A model generated the notes under the pieces. The model was not told the origin of the DNA. It saw only the letters and a list, made by a program, of their open reading frames with translations, and searched no databases. A program made the position numbers and the translations under genes. From Eledone cirrhosa (Eukaryota), in contig OZ024743.1 in assembly GCA_964016885.1 (NCBI GenBank), positions 65,100,001 to 65,164,000 on the forward strand: 64,000 nucleotides of DNA, written 5' to 3'. Below, piece by piece: positions 38,173 to 51,998 of the stretch (position 1 is its first letter; each line of letters begins with the position of its first letter).

Positions 38173-41140
38173 AATTGAAAAGCGGAGAATAACATGGTCA
38201 ACAGTACAAAAAAGGGGAGTTATTTACAGTCTAACAATTGTTTCACTGATAAAGATGTCTAAAAATTGCTGAACACTATAGACAAGCAATAGATTGGTTT
38301 AATAAATTAGACAATAGAGAATCTTCCGACTATATACAAATTGACATAAATAACTACTATTCTTCTATTTCCCCAGTTACCCTAAACAAGGCACTATCCT
38401 TTGCAGAAAAAACTCCGACCTTTCACCAAATGAAATTAAAATAATACTAGCTGCTAGAAGAACAATCATTAAATTCGACAATAGTTACTGGGAGCCAAAA
38501 AATAGACAGGATAACTTCGATATAAGTATGGGATCAAATGATTCAGCCCAAGTTACAGACATTGTCGGAATTTATATAGCACATTTCTTACATAGGGAAT
38601 TTGATATCCTACAAAGAGGAATCTATAGAGACGATACACTACTTTTAGCTGAAAACCTAAATAATCAAAACTTAGAAAGATTAAGGAAAAAGATTTGGAA
38701 ATTCTTTAATAATTTAGGCCTTAACATCACTTTTGAACCCAACTCTAAAAAAGCTAACTTCTTATTTGTATCGCTCAACCTTAACTCAGGACCAATAGAA
38801 CCCTTCCATAAAAATAATGAAAATCTAGCTTACATTGATTATAACTCTAATCACCCTCGATCCATAATTAACTCCATAGCATATAGTATATCCCTTAGAA
38901 TCTCACCTATCTTCTAACCTAGAAATTTTTAATGAACACGCTAACTACTACAACATAGCTTTACTTAAGGCAGGCCATAAAGAGAAACTCAAATATATAC
39001 CAAATACAAAAAATAACAACACACTTAATATTAATAGCACTATCCACACATATAGAAACAACAAATCTAGGACTAAACATAGAAATTGGCAACAAACATA
39101 TAAATTAAATGAACAGAATACTAATATAAAGACCACTAATAACTATAAAAGATGCAGAAATAGAAACTATTTATGGTTCAATCCAATGTTTAACTCCTCT
39201 ATAAAAACAAAACTACCTTACACTTTCTTCAAATTGGTTGACAAGCACTTCCCTAAAATTCATAAATATCATAAAATCTTTAATAGAAAAACTATCAAAC
39301 TATCATACTCCACTGCCAACAACATAGAATCGCACATGCATAAAATTAACTATAAAAGAATTTATAATACAAGTGGCCCACAAATAAGTACCATAACACC
39401 AAATAGAAAACATAAACATATAACATCATCACAACCAAACACACGCCAGAACACATCACCACAATACATTAACAAACCCAATTCTCAGCCCATACATAAC
39501 AACCTACAAAACCATATCGAAGAACCGGCGCATAGAAAAGCATCTAAATGTAACTGCCATCTACCTGACAAATGCCCTTTACAAAATAGATGCCTAGAGA
39601 CAAATATAGTATACCTATGTACTATAAATTCAGGTAGCTTAGCATGACATTACATTGGTTCCACAGCTGGGGAGTTTAAGAAAAGGTGGTACGTACATAG
39701 ACACTATGATTAACAGGAATCTCTTAAATACGACTCTCACCAATAAAACTGGCAACTCAAAGATGCAAACATGGAATATAAAATCAGCTGGGCGAAGCTA
39801 TCAAAAGCAATGGCCTATCAAATTGGTATGTCCCACTGCGATCTCTGTAATATGGAACTTTTTCAAATTTTAAATTACAGCAAGATTCTTTTTAACAGTA
39901 AAATTGAAAGAATTATTTTTTGTCGACATAAATCGGCAACCAAATTCGAGAACTTTAGACCAGCTTAATTCCATCTTATCTATTCCATAACCCAGATTGT
40001 ACCACTTGATCTATTATGATATCACGTTATCAGCATCATCATCATCATTATGATAGTCACCATCTATCAAAGAACAACATCAAAATCTCTTATATTTACA
40101 TTCTTATTTTATATATCTCTATTTTTCACTCTCTATCTTTATATTTCTCTCCCTAAATTTATTTCATCTCTGTCATTCTATTTTATCATATAATATAACT
40201 TAAAGCTAATTAATTAATTTATTTATTAAAATAACCAATACACACATAAATATATTTAACATTATCAATTTTTTACCTTCATATCTCTCCATATATTCTA
40301 ATAATTCTCAAAAGCCAATCTCAATAATTTTAATATGTTTAAATATTCTTCGCAAATTTTTACTTCTTTTGCGTATTTATTTTCATTTCTCACATTTTAT
40401 ACCATTTTATATCACATTAGATGCAATTTATTTATTTATCAATTTTTTAATATATTTTTAATATATTTATTTTTATTTACATTTATTCATGTATTAACGT
40501 TTATTCATTTATTTTTCCCTCTATTTTTCTTTCTATCCTACATGATTTCTACTTATGTTTGTCTCTCCTCTGTCTCTGATCATTTGCTATATATTTTCTT
40601 CTCTTTATATATATTTTTTTCTCTAATAATTTCTCCTTTTTCTTTTTTCTCTTTCTCTTTTTCCTTATTCTTTTTTCTTTTTCCTTTCCTTTCTTTCTTT
40701 ACTGTATCTATCTCCCTTTCTTCCTTCTTTTCTCTCTATATCTTTATTATTAATATTATTATTGATGATGTAATTTGAATTTGTAAATTTGCCGGTTACA
40801 TATATTTTCAATAACAGTTTCTGAAGATCTGATCAAGCTAACATCGTATTTAAAATTGAGTGGCACTGCTTCTAGTGTTCAGCAATTTTTAGACATCTTT
40901 ATCAGTGAAACAGTTGTTAGACTAAATAAATCCCCTTTTTTGTACTGTTGACCATGTTATTCTCCACTTTTTCAATTTTATTATTCCAAGATAAACTTAC
41001 ATAGGAGTACAAGTGAAATCAAACTCGCCATTTACATAAACCTCTTGTTGAGTCAAACAACGCCATACGCTAAAACTATTCATAATAAGAAGTATTCACA
41101 ACCTCTAACTGGATTACCTATAATGATATTTTGTTATCCT
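38173..41140 (+). mobile_element. Penelope-like element C (Nematis-type), 5'-truncated, inverted 5' pLTR, decayed ORF
   Basis: 38173-38278 is inverted relative to about 40873-40977. Motifs MGSNDSAQVTDIVG, GIYRDD, IWFNPMF, CNC..CPL and HYIGST. Confidence 0.93.
40814..40923 (+). ncRNA. Type I hammerhead with 79-nt stem II domain
   Basis: ACAGTTT-CTGAAGA-TCTGAT...ATCAGT-GAAAC-AGTT-GTT-AGACT. The inverted partial copy keeps the palindromic AATT loop and AGACTGT, giving a 7-bp stem I. Confidence 0.72.
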
Positions 41141-41159
41141 TTATATATATATATATATA

Positions 41160-41862
41160 TCATCATCTTCGTTTAACGTCCATTTTCCACGCTAGCATGG
41201 GTTAGATGGGAGTTGTCCCACTTGAGAGAAGGCTGGTCGGGTGACCGTGTCTCGCTCATATAGGACTATCTGGCAGGTTTTCTACTGCTGGATGCCCTTC
41301 CTAACACCAACCACATTTACAGTGTGGAACTGGGAACTTTTTACCGTGTTACCTACACGGCCACATTACAGCGCGGACTGTGTGTGTTTTTTGTCGTGAC
41401 ACCTACACGATCTCGATCTCATTTTCTCGTGCTGTTAGTGGGAGTGGGAGGATAGGGTGGGGGTAGTGGATTGGGGTATATATTTGGTTAAGAGGTGCCT
41501 CCTGACTGTAGGTTTCGCTTTGTACATAGGCAAGGCGGGTCTTCTGTATTACTGCGTAGCGCCAAAGATCTCAGTCCAGAGACATTGTCTTAGAGAGATA
41601 TAAGTATGTGAGGTCGGAATTTATCAGCTCATCCCAGGTTTTTCTGGGTCTACCTACTCCGTAACTACCATCAATTTTGATCGCCCTGCACTTTTTTATG
41701 CAGCTGTCGTCTTTCATGCGCATCACGTGACCATACCAACGTAGTCTTCTCTCAAGTAAAAGAGCATCTGATCCCTCTTATTTCTAATTTCTCACTTAAT
41801 TCATTTATGCTTTGCCGTTCACGTATATTACTATTACACATCCAACGGAGCATGCATGCTTC
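41160..41862 (-). mobile_element. 5'-truncated RTE LINE (copy 1 subfamily)
   Basis: Similar to 15090-15800 (EACMLRWMCNSNIRERQS, 3' UTR and GAT tail). Confidence 0.92.
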
Positions 41863-42302
<440 letters not shown>

Positions 42303-42634
42303 TCATTTCATTTTACGTCCGCTTTTTCCCTGCTTGCAAGGGTGGGACTGGAACTGATGCTGGCTTGATTTCTACGGCTGGATGCCCTTCCTAACACCAA
42401 CCTCATTTACAGTGAGTGCTGGGTGCTTTTTTGCCGTGGCACCTCCACGACCACTTTGCAGTGGAATGATATGGACCCCAGTCCCTATCATCTCATTTCT
42501 ACAGCTGAGTAAACTGGAGCAATGTGAAATAAAGTGTCTTGCTCAAGGAAACAACACATCACCCGGTCTGAGAATTGAACTCACAACCTTTCGATTGCAA
42601 TGCCAATGCTCTAACCACTAAGCCATGTGCCTCC
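42303..42634 (-). mobile_element. Full-length SINE (tRNA head, CORE, RTE-derived tail)
   Basis: Near-identical reverse complement of 42655-42985. Confidence 0.92.
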
Positions 42635-42654
42635 ATATATATATATAAGTAAAT

Positions 42655-43002
42655 GTAGGCACATGGCTTAGTGGTTAGAGCATTGGCTTTGCAATCGAAA
42701 GGTTGTGAGTTCAATTCTCAGACCGGGTGATGTGTTGTTTTCTTGAGCAAGACACTTTATTTCACATTGCTCCAGTTTACTCAGCTGTAGAAATGAGATG
42801 ATAGGGGCTGATGTCCATATCATTCCACTGCAAAGTGGTCGTGGAGGTGCCACGGCAAAAATACCACCCAGCACTCACTGTAAATGAAGGTTGGTGTTAG
42901 GAAGGGCATCCAGCTGTAGAAATCAAGCCAGAACCAGTTCCCGTCCCACCCTTGCAAGCAGGGAAAATCGGACGTAAAATGATGATGATGATGATGATGA
43001 TG
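42655..43002 (+). mobile_element. Full-length SINE (tRNA head, CORE, RTE-derived tail)
   Basis: A box TGGCTTAGTGG, B box GAGTTCAATTC, CORE-like block and tail CCCTTGCAAGCAGGGAAAATCGGACGTAAAAT(GAT)n. Confidence 0.92.
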
Positions 43003-43039
43003 ATATATATATATATATATATAAGTAGATAAATATATA

Positions 43040-44199
43040 TCATCATCATCATCATTTTACGTCCGCTTTTCCCTGCTTGCAAGGGTGGGACGGGTCTTAT
43101 TCAGCACAGCATCTCTCCACTTGTCACGGTCACTCGTCATCTCCACCGTGAGCTTCAATGATCTGAGGTCTGTTCTCACCACCTCCGCCCATGTTTTTCG
43201 TGGTCTACCTCTACCACGTCTTCCTTCAACTGGCAATTCCTGGCACTTCTTCACCCATCGGTCATCCTCCATGCACATCACATGTCCATACCACCTCAGT
43301 CTCCTCTCCCGTACACTACATTCTATCCCTCTCAGACACAGTTTCTCTCTCAACACATTTATGCTGGGTCGTTCACGCACATTTACACTGCACATCCAAC
43401 GGAGCATGCTTGCCTCATTTCTCTCCAGCCGTCGCATATCCTCTGCAGTTGCTGCCCATGTCTCACTACCATGCAGCATCGCGCTTTTCACACAGGCATC
43501 ATACAACCGGCCTTTCGTACGCAGGGAGAAACCCTTCTTCGTCAACAGAGGAAGCAGCTCCCTAAACTTCCAACCCGTCCTTATTCTAGATATTATGGCC
43601 TCGGAACACCCTCCTCCCATGCTAATCTGATCTCCTAGGTACCGGAAGCTATCCACCACTTCTATAGCACCCTCTTGCATTTGAAAAATGTGTCTATCAG
43701 TGCGACTTCTACTGTCTAATTTCCCTGTACATCTACTGCATACATATTTCTCCCTACCTGTTAGTTTGCCTGCTATCCCGCTACATCTCTTGTGTACCCA
43801 GGATCTGCATTGTGTGCATTTTATAGAATTTATTCCAGTTCCTTTTCTGCATATCGAACATGGCCATTTCCCTGACGGAATCAGGGTTTTGTCCTCTTTT
43901 CTACTCATCAACACTTTTGTCTTAGCTAGATTCACTCTCAGTCCTCTTGCTTCCAACTGCTGTTTCCATAGCCAGAATTTATTCTCTAGCTCCTCTACTG
44001 ATTCTGCTATAAGAACCAGATCGTCAGCATAGAGAAGTTCCCATGGACAGCCAGTCTTAAACTCCTCTGTTATGACTTGGAGGACTATAATGAACAAGAG
44101 CGGGCTGAGGACCGAACCCTGATGTACTCCTACTTGTATCTGGAATTCCTCACTAAACTCCATTCCTACCCTGACTTTACTGAGAGTACCTCTGTACAT
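43040..44199 (-). mobile_element. 5'-truncated RTE LINE (third family) with open 380-aa frame
   Basis: GVHQGSVLSPLLF, LLYADD and PHD-like finger. The ORF runs directly into the GAT tail. Confidence 0.95.
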
Positions 44200-44242
44200 A
44201 TATATATATATATATAAGTAGATAAATATATATATATATAAG

Positions 44243-44280
<38 letters not shown>

Positions 44281-44295
44281 TAAATATATATATAT

Positions 44296-44462
44296 ATCAT
44301 CATCATCATTTTCATCATTTCATTTTACGTCCGCTTCTTCCCTGCTTGCATGGGTGGGACGGGAACTGATTCTGGCTTGATATCTACAGCTGGATGCCCT
44401 TCCTAACACCAACCTCATTTACAGTGAGTGCTGGGTGCTTTTTTGCCGTGACGCCTCAACGT
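44296..44462 (-). mobile_element. 3' fragment of the 42303/42655 SINE family
   Basis: Matches 42303-42437. Confidence 0.85.
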
Positions 44463-44483
44463 CCATTTTGTATATATAAGTAA

Positions 44484-47400
44484 ATAGGACACCGAGACTA
44501 TCCATTAAAGACCATAAACCGGACTTCCAGTCAAAACTACCGGTCAGGCTCATAGCCCCTTCCAAAGCGGACCTAGGTAGACTTAGCAAATCAATCATTG
44601 ACCGAATTATCCCTGAACTTAGGATTAGAACTAAACTCAGTCTATGGTCTTGTACAAAGGAGGTAATAGACTGGTTCTGTGCCATTGAAACTAAGTTGAA
44701 TGTTCGATTAGTCCAATTGGACATTACGAACTACTACGCATCTATATCCCCAATCATCCTTAACAAGGCACTGATCTCAGCCATGAACAGATCAAGCCCC
44801 ACTAGAAAAGAAGTGGACATAATAATAACATCTAGGAAAACTTTACTAGAATTCGACGGAAGATTGTGGGAACGACAGAATAGACAAGATAGCTTCGACA
44901 TCACCATGGGATCGACTGACTCCGCACAGGTTACAGATGTAGTAGGCATATACCTCCTAAATATATTAACAGACAAGATCCCCTCCTTGGGCGGTGGCTT
45001 ATACCGGGATGATGCCCTACTATTGACCCGTGGACTTAATAGTAGCCAATTAAATAGACTACACAAACGACTTGGGTACATCTTTAAGACCCAAGGTTTA
45101 GCAGTAGAAATCAAACCTAACAATAGGACAGTTATCTTTTTAGATGTCACCCTAGAATTAGACTCAGGCCTCTACCGCCCATACCACAAACCTAATGAAA
45201 ATCTTAGATACGTCAATAGACACTCCAACCACCCTAGGAGCATAATTAACTCAATAGTTAAAAGCGTCTCCAACAGAGTGTCCACCCTGTCGGCTAATGA
45301 AAACATCTTCAAGCAGCACGCGGAATACTACGACTCCGCACTTATAAACGCTGGTTATACTGAGAAGATTTCTTACATCGACCCAAATAGAACTGTAACA
45401 CTGCTAAACATAACCGGACCCTTAGAAACGAACATAGAAGAAATCTCCACACCTAGGACAAACAATAACCTAAGACCCTCCATAGCCGGCAGTGCAGACA
45501 GCACCACACATAACTGTCTAGGAGATAAAGCCATATTCTCCAACCCCAATAACGACTCCGACTATCACACACGTTTGCGTACCAATAGAGACAAAGGACA
45601 TAACGCCAATAGACTACTTGGAACCACAATAAAACATACGCCTGGCCAAAATACATACAAACTACCACCCAACCACAGAAACCTCACTAAACACCGCATA
45701 AACAGAAGTAGACCTGTCACATAGTATAACGCCCCCTATTCTATACACGTCGCCACTAACATACCGGGAACCTTCTTCAGGGCTCTCGAACAATCTTTTC
45801 CACGCACACACAAATACCACAAGCTCATCAATAGACACACCGTAAAATTCTCTTTCTCCACAGCACCAAACCTAGGTCACACAATAGCACACACTAATAG
45901 GGCAAAAATACGAAAACACATGGTTTCCCCGCAACAAACCACCACCACAACCCAGAACGAAACCACACACAACACAACACAACAACCTACACATCACACC
46001 CACACCACATGACACCAACCGCCAATGTGCCACCACACCGGTTACACCCAACTGCAACTGCAAAAAACGGGCCGAATACCCACATAACGGGGAGTGCCTC
46101 GTTAAGAATATTGTTTACCGGTGTGATGTCACAGCCGGCAATAAGGAGTACTCATATATAGGTGCGACATCCACTACGTTTAAAGAGCGCTGGTATAACC
46201 ACAGAAGCTCCTTCAAACATAGACTGAAACGACCTCAAACCAAACTGGCCGACTTGATCTGGGACCTCAAGGACAGGAATATTGAACCCCAGATTTTGTG
46301 GTCAGTGAAAAGACGCGTGGCATATATCCCCAGTGACAGAAACCACTGCAGATTATGCCTGGCTGAGGCGGCGGAAATAATTAAATTAAAATCCGCCATA
46401 AACTATAGGTCGGACATAATTGTCAATTGCAGACACACCAGGATGAACACCTTTTCTGCACAAACATTCGGGGGAGGGCCACACACTAACCATGACCCAC
46501 CGTAATAATAACCACATCTGCCCCGTATCACCATCGTCCATCTCAACGGATTTATTAATTTTAATTTTAATTTTAATTTATTTTACTTTATCTTATTTTA
46601 TTGTATTGCATGTAACCATCTGTAAGCCCGTATTTTGTATATCATGCCGCATACATCACCCACACCAAAAATCACACTAATCATGACCCAGCATATTAAT
46701 AACCACCTCTACCCCGTCTCACCGTTGCCCATCTCAGTGAACTTATTTTATTGTACTGCATGTAACCATTTCTAAGCCCGCATTTGTATATCATACCGCA
46801 TACATCACCCCCACCAAAATTCACATCACCATACACCCCCCTCATCGTTGCAACATCGTATTAGATCGGTCTCCTATAATAGGTTTTATCTTACACTCCA
46901 TAATAAGGCATCTTGTAAATACAATGTCGATCATATCACACCATCGCCACCACCACCACCACACCACACATCGTCATATGTCCACCATACATACCTACAA
47001 CCTTATCCCTCCCATGCTCCCTCTGTCTACCCTAACCTACAACCCCACGCTAAATTCGACTCTGTAAATGTACTGTCGCACGCGCACACAACCACCACCG
47101 CCACCACTAGATACATCCACATACTTCAACAATCATTAACATCATTAGCATCATCAACACATATCATCCCTCGCTCACAGATCGACTATTATGTCCCCCC
47201 CCCCCCGTCTGCCTTACCCTGTAACAAACTGTAACTTCTGATCATGTAATCATCTTGTCGAACATATCACCCCAGCACCACCACCACCATGACCACAACA
47301 CACATCGCCATACGTCCATAAACTCTTCTCCCCCGCGTTCCCTATGTTACCTTTTAACCGGTAACTCATCGCACAATTCGATCCTGTATATATTTTTGTC

Positions 47401-48767
47401 GCTCACAACTCTACCACCACCACCACAAGACACAACTCCATACTTCATGAACACCGCCAACACATACCTCCACTCCCCAACCAACGCAAGTGTGTGTGTC
47501 TGTGTGTAAGTATTTTTTACATATACGGGCATATAAATATGCGTGTGTGTATGCATATTTATATGTATGTATGTGTGTGTATGTGCACATATATATGTAT
47601 ATGTGTATATATATATATATATGTATGTATGTGTGTGAGTATGTGTATGTCTACATATATGTATATAGGTGAATCTGAGTATATGTGCATGTATGTGTAT
47701 GTGCGTGTGTGTGTGTCTGTATATATGTGTGTGTATATATATATGTGTGAGTATACGTGTGTGTGAGTGTATGTGTATATTTTGTATATGTGCATGTGCC
47801 CATATCCATATATGTGTGTATGAGTATATGTATGTGTATGTATATATGTATAACACCTTCTCCATTGCCTCTCACCTTCCTTCCATCTTTGTCCCTCGAC
47901 ACCCCCATCGATACTCCCCCACTCTCCATATTTGTGTCCGCATGCGTGCATGCACATACATGTGTGTACATATATATATATGGCTGTGTATGAGCGTGTG
48001 TCGATATGTGAGGGCAAGGGTGTGCGTAAGTGTTTTGTGTTGTGTGTGTTTATACAACAATATATGTGCACATATATACATGTGTGTGTGTATACATATA
48101 TACAACGTATTTGTCAGACGAAGAGCGTCTAGCTATGTATCTCCGTAAGGACTTGACACCACCAATACATCCACCACACCACCACAAACGCCACTACCAC
48201 ACCCCCACACACACGCCAACCCGTCTACTGACAATCCACTAACCCAATACCACAGCCCATCCCACTAAGCGACCATAACCACCATCATATCATTACATCC
48301 ACCCCCACATACTCTACAAGCCAAGGCCAACCCACCACCACCACACCACAGCCCACCTCATCCACCGACCGTCACCAACATCTCACCATCACATACACCC
48401 CCATATACACTATAGGCCAGTACATCGTCTTGATCCTTCCCACCAATCAAAACAACTCATTTTGTCAAACTCTTGAAACTCTGTCTTTACCACATAGCAT
48501 GTATTTCATTTTCTTATAGCATTTTAAGAGGGTCCGTCGAGCTGCCGATTATTGAGTCGGGTAGGATCGATATAGATCGAACCTTGAGCTGATCAGTGGC
48601 GAAACGCGCGTCACCTATCAATAAATGCAATGAAGGAATAATCAATCGTCCTTGTTATCCTTTCAATATATTACACTCTGTATAGCTCTACACCTCATCA
48701 CAGAAGTGAACCTAAACATCGAGTGCTCTCACGGGTGAACCTGCAGTAACTCCTAGTTACACCCCCT

Positions 48768-48770
<3 letters not shown>
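44484..48770 (+). mobile_element. Penelope-like element D (Nematis-type), 5'-truncated, with long 3' UTR
   Basis: KDHKPDF, QLDITNYY, MGSTDSAQVTDVVG, GGLYRDD, NIVY..YIGAT and CRLCLAE. Contains a 192-bp duplication (46481/46673), an internal (TG)n tract and a pLTR with GAAACGCGCGTC. Confidence 0.9.
48530..48619 (+). ncRNA. Degenerate hammerhead with 60-nt stem II
   Basis: GGGT-CCGTCGA (two mismatches to CTGANGA)-GCTGCCGA...TCAGTGGC-GAAAC-GCGC-GTC-ACCT. Confidence 0.55.
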
Positions 48771-48803
<33 letters not shown>

Positions 48804-48805
48804 AT

Positions 48806-48837
<32 letters not shown>

Positions 48838-48955
48838 GTATATATGTATATGTATATATATATATATGTGTATATGTATATATATATATATATGTAAATA
48901 TATATATATATATGTAAATATATATATATATATGTAAATATATATATATATATAT

Positions 48956-49530
48956 GTACGTAATTCCGGGTTGAATCGGAGGTAACCACAGTAAGTAAGG
49001 TACTCAATACATTGCAGAGTATAAAAGTTTTAATATAGATGAGATTCTACAGGACTAGAACTGTTTCATTCTTTAGAAATCATCAGGAATCTGGGTATCA
49101 AAAAATAAGTATGGTATTTATAGGTCTCTACAAGTGGTAGGAGAGGGTGGGGAGTGGGATGGGTGTAGGTCATTGGTTGATAGAAAAGGGAATTCATTAA
49201 AAGCTAATTCTACAAAGCTATAGTTTATTTTTATTTTTAGAGTAACAATTCTATAAACAGATTCAGGATGGGGTGCCACTTCTTATTATTAAGTTTCTCT
49301 TAAGCTAACAGGTGTCTATAAGATCAGTGGGGGTCAGTCATGGTAGATAGATTTAAAGGAAGGGGAGATTCTTTAAAAGCTAAATTCTTTAAGGTTCTAC
49401 TAAGTAACAAAGGTTTAGAGAATTCTGTAGACAAATTCAAAATATTGAGTGCATATCATACAATTATCCTCAAATTTCTCTTAAACTATTCAACTATATG
49501 CCAAAAATCAACAGACACATTCACAAACAC
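48956..49530 (-). mobile_element. Non-coding 3' end (pLTR) of a Penelope-like element
   Basis: Bounded by (TA)n and (CA)n tracts and contains a canonical hammerhead. No coding sequence seen. Confidence 0.65.
49042..49092 (-). ncRNA. Canonical type I hammerhead ribozyme
   Basis: AGATTC-CTGATGA-TTTC(TAAA)GAAT-GAAACAG(TTCTAGTC)CT-GTA-GAATCT, with a 6-bp stem I and 4-bp stem III. Confidence 0.85.
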
Positions 49531-49582
49531 ACTCACTCACACACTCGCGCACACCCATAAACACACACACATACACATATAT

Positions 49583-49631
<49 letters not shown>

Positions 49632-49906
49632 GGTTTGAGGTTCACCACTGTATAGAGCTGGTCTATTCCGTATGGTCAATTGTAATGTGATAATAGGGCC
49701 ACCGGCTGAGGTTGAAGGAGCAGAATAGCGGTCGCCCTCGGGTCCCCGATTTTCAGCCCCATAGATTTTATCTATTACATTCACGTATTATATTTCGAAT
49801 ACCTGATGATATCACCAGATTCATACGGAACCCGGTCATTAAAATGATCATAGTATAATAAACCTTTCAAGGATTTACACAAATCCAGCCTCCTGTCATT
49901 TCATTA

Positions 49907-49974
<68 letters not shown>

Positions 49975-49977
<3 letters not shown>

Positions 49978-50186
49978 AATTAATATATCTACCGACATAT
50001 GTATACAGATGCATACCTACGCTAGCAGATATATATGTTTTGTCTTAGTAACGTTGTAGTTCTATGCAGGGGAATGCAGAACAATTATATGAAAGACGTA
50101 AATAAGAAAGTTATGAAAATTGACTTACTTACTAAAATATAAAAATAAATACATACACACACACATACATACACACATACACACAA

Positions 50187-50255
<69 letters not shown>

Positions 50256-51912
50256 TATATACACACACACATATATAAATAATAAATATATAAATACACA
50301 CACAGAGAGAGAACCACACAAACACATACACACAAATACCCCCCCACACACACACACACGCATATATATATATATACACACACATACACAGATACACACT
50401 TATATATACACATACATATCTATATATATATATATATACACACACACACATATATATATATATACATACACACACATATATATATATATACATATATACA
50501 TATACATATATATACACACACATACATGTGTACACATACACATACATACACATACACATACACACATACACACAAATATATACACATACAAATAAATAAG
50601 TACTCAATAAATATACGCATATACACAGGCACATAAAAACAGCTCTACAGGCAGAAAATGCAGATAGGTAAGAGGTACTCACATAACCATAGTGGCCGTA
50701 TTTCAGGTTGAGGAGGGGTGGGGGTAGGGTGGGAAGGAGGTATAGGGGCCAATTGGAGGAGGTCGTTTTTAGCCATCGGGCTTTAACACTGGCTTAAAGT
50801 ATTTGAAAGTTGCAAAGTTCTTGTGCATGCAGTTCGAGCAGTGTTCAGAGAATTTGTTCAGTAGCGGGCCCTTGGCGAATAAGATTTCGTAGCTCTCTGA
50901 GATACAAAGGTCGCAGCTCTTGTGTCCTCCGTTGTAAGAGCGCGCTTTCTGGAGTATTTTCCATTTAAGCGTGAAGGGGGTGGAGTTCCTTTTGAGGTCC
51001 CAAACATAGGAGGCGAGTGTTGTCTGGTTTGATTTGTCTGGTCTTCTGAAGGAGTGGGTATGGGCATACCAACGGGTCTTAAAGATGTTGGAGGTCATGC
51101 CGATGTAAGTTTTTTTGCAATCATCGGTGCCTGAGATGACATCGCATTTGTATATGATATCATTTGTGAGGCATTTGTTTTCAAGTGGGCATGCTTCCTT
51201 ATTTAGGCAATTACACAGAGCCCCAGTCCGGGGATTGGGTTCGGAGGTGGTTGGCTTATTTAATTTTTTAGAATTGTGGTTGGCTATATTCCTAGCTAGG
51301 TTAGGTGTGGTGGAGTAGGAGAGTCTTATTGTGTTCTTATTAAAGATGGTGTGGTACCTATGTTGTATGGGGAAGTGTAATTCCAGCAAAGTGAAGAAAA
51401 TCCTAGCTATCGGTATAGAGACTTCTCTATTGAAGGGAGGGTTGTACCAGCTAATCTGCCTATGTCTATTCCTCCTCTGCAATCTTGCGGTGGTTTCTAG
51501 GTATGTTATCTTTTCTTTAAATCCGCTGTGGGCGAGGGCGTCATTGTAGTAGGAGGCAGATGCGTTAAAAATATCTTTGTTGGCGGAGAGGCCAGATATT
51601 CTAATAGAGACGCTTTTTACTAGGTTATCAGTGATGTTTTGGGGGTGGTTTGAATTAACATTAATATATCTAAGGGACTCGTTAGGTTTGTGGTACGGGT
51701 AATAGAGGGAAGTATCTAGGTTGAAAGTGACATCTAAGAAGTTGGCCCTAGTCATCAAATTAGATTCTATAGTTATACTAAATCCTAGATTAGAGCTTAA
51801 GTTTTTCCGAAACCCATCGGTGGTTCTAGGGTTAACCTTATGCAGGGCGAAGAGGCCGTCGTCTTGGTATAAACTTCCGGTTAGGCTGGTAAAGAGGTTC
51901 TTCAGGTGATGT
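49975..51912 (-). mobile_element. Penelope-like element E (Nematis-type), 5'-truncated
   Basis: GSLYQDDG, then ORF 50769-51758 with NFLDVTF, ISWYNPPF, CNC..CPL, IIYKC..TYIGMT and CDLC..E. (TG)n-rich 3' UTR. Confidence 0.92.
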
Positions 51913-51946
51913 AATCACATGAATCAAAGTTCTGTTCAAACCATTT

Positions 51947-51998
51947 ATTAGCTTACAATTGTTTCGTCCAAACCGAGGTTTGGAGTCTTCGGAGCAAT
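51947..51998 (-). ncRNA. Hammerhead with CCGAAGA core variant
   Basis: GCT-CCGAAGA-CTCCAAAC(CTCG)GTTTGGAC-GAAAC-AATT-GTA-AGC, then AATAAA. Confidence 0.72.

Noticed and set aside
39645-39647. TGA as selenocysteine (described in Naiad elements)
   Set aside because: It aligns to Trp (WYYVG in elements A and B), so it is a TGG-to-TGA mutation in a decayed copy.
40335-40778. 147-aa hydrophobic membrane-like ORF
   Set aside because: T-rich low-complexity 3' UTR of element C.
42655-42730. tRNA gene
   Set aside because: A and B boxes run into CORE and an RTE tail, so this is a SINE head.
49795-49845. Hammerhead at CTGATGA...GGAACCCGGTC
   Set aside because: GAAA is altered and there is no stem I; at most a decayed pLTR remnant.
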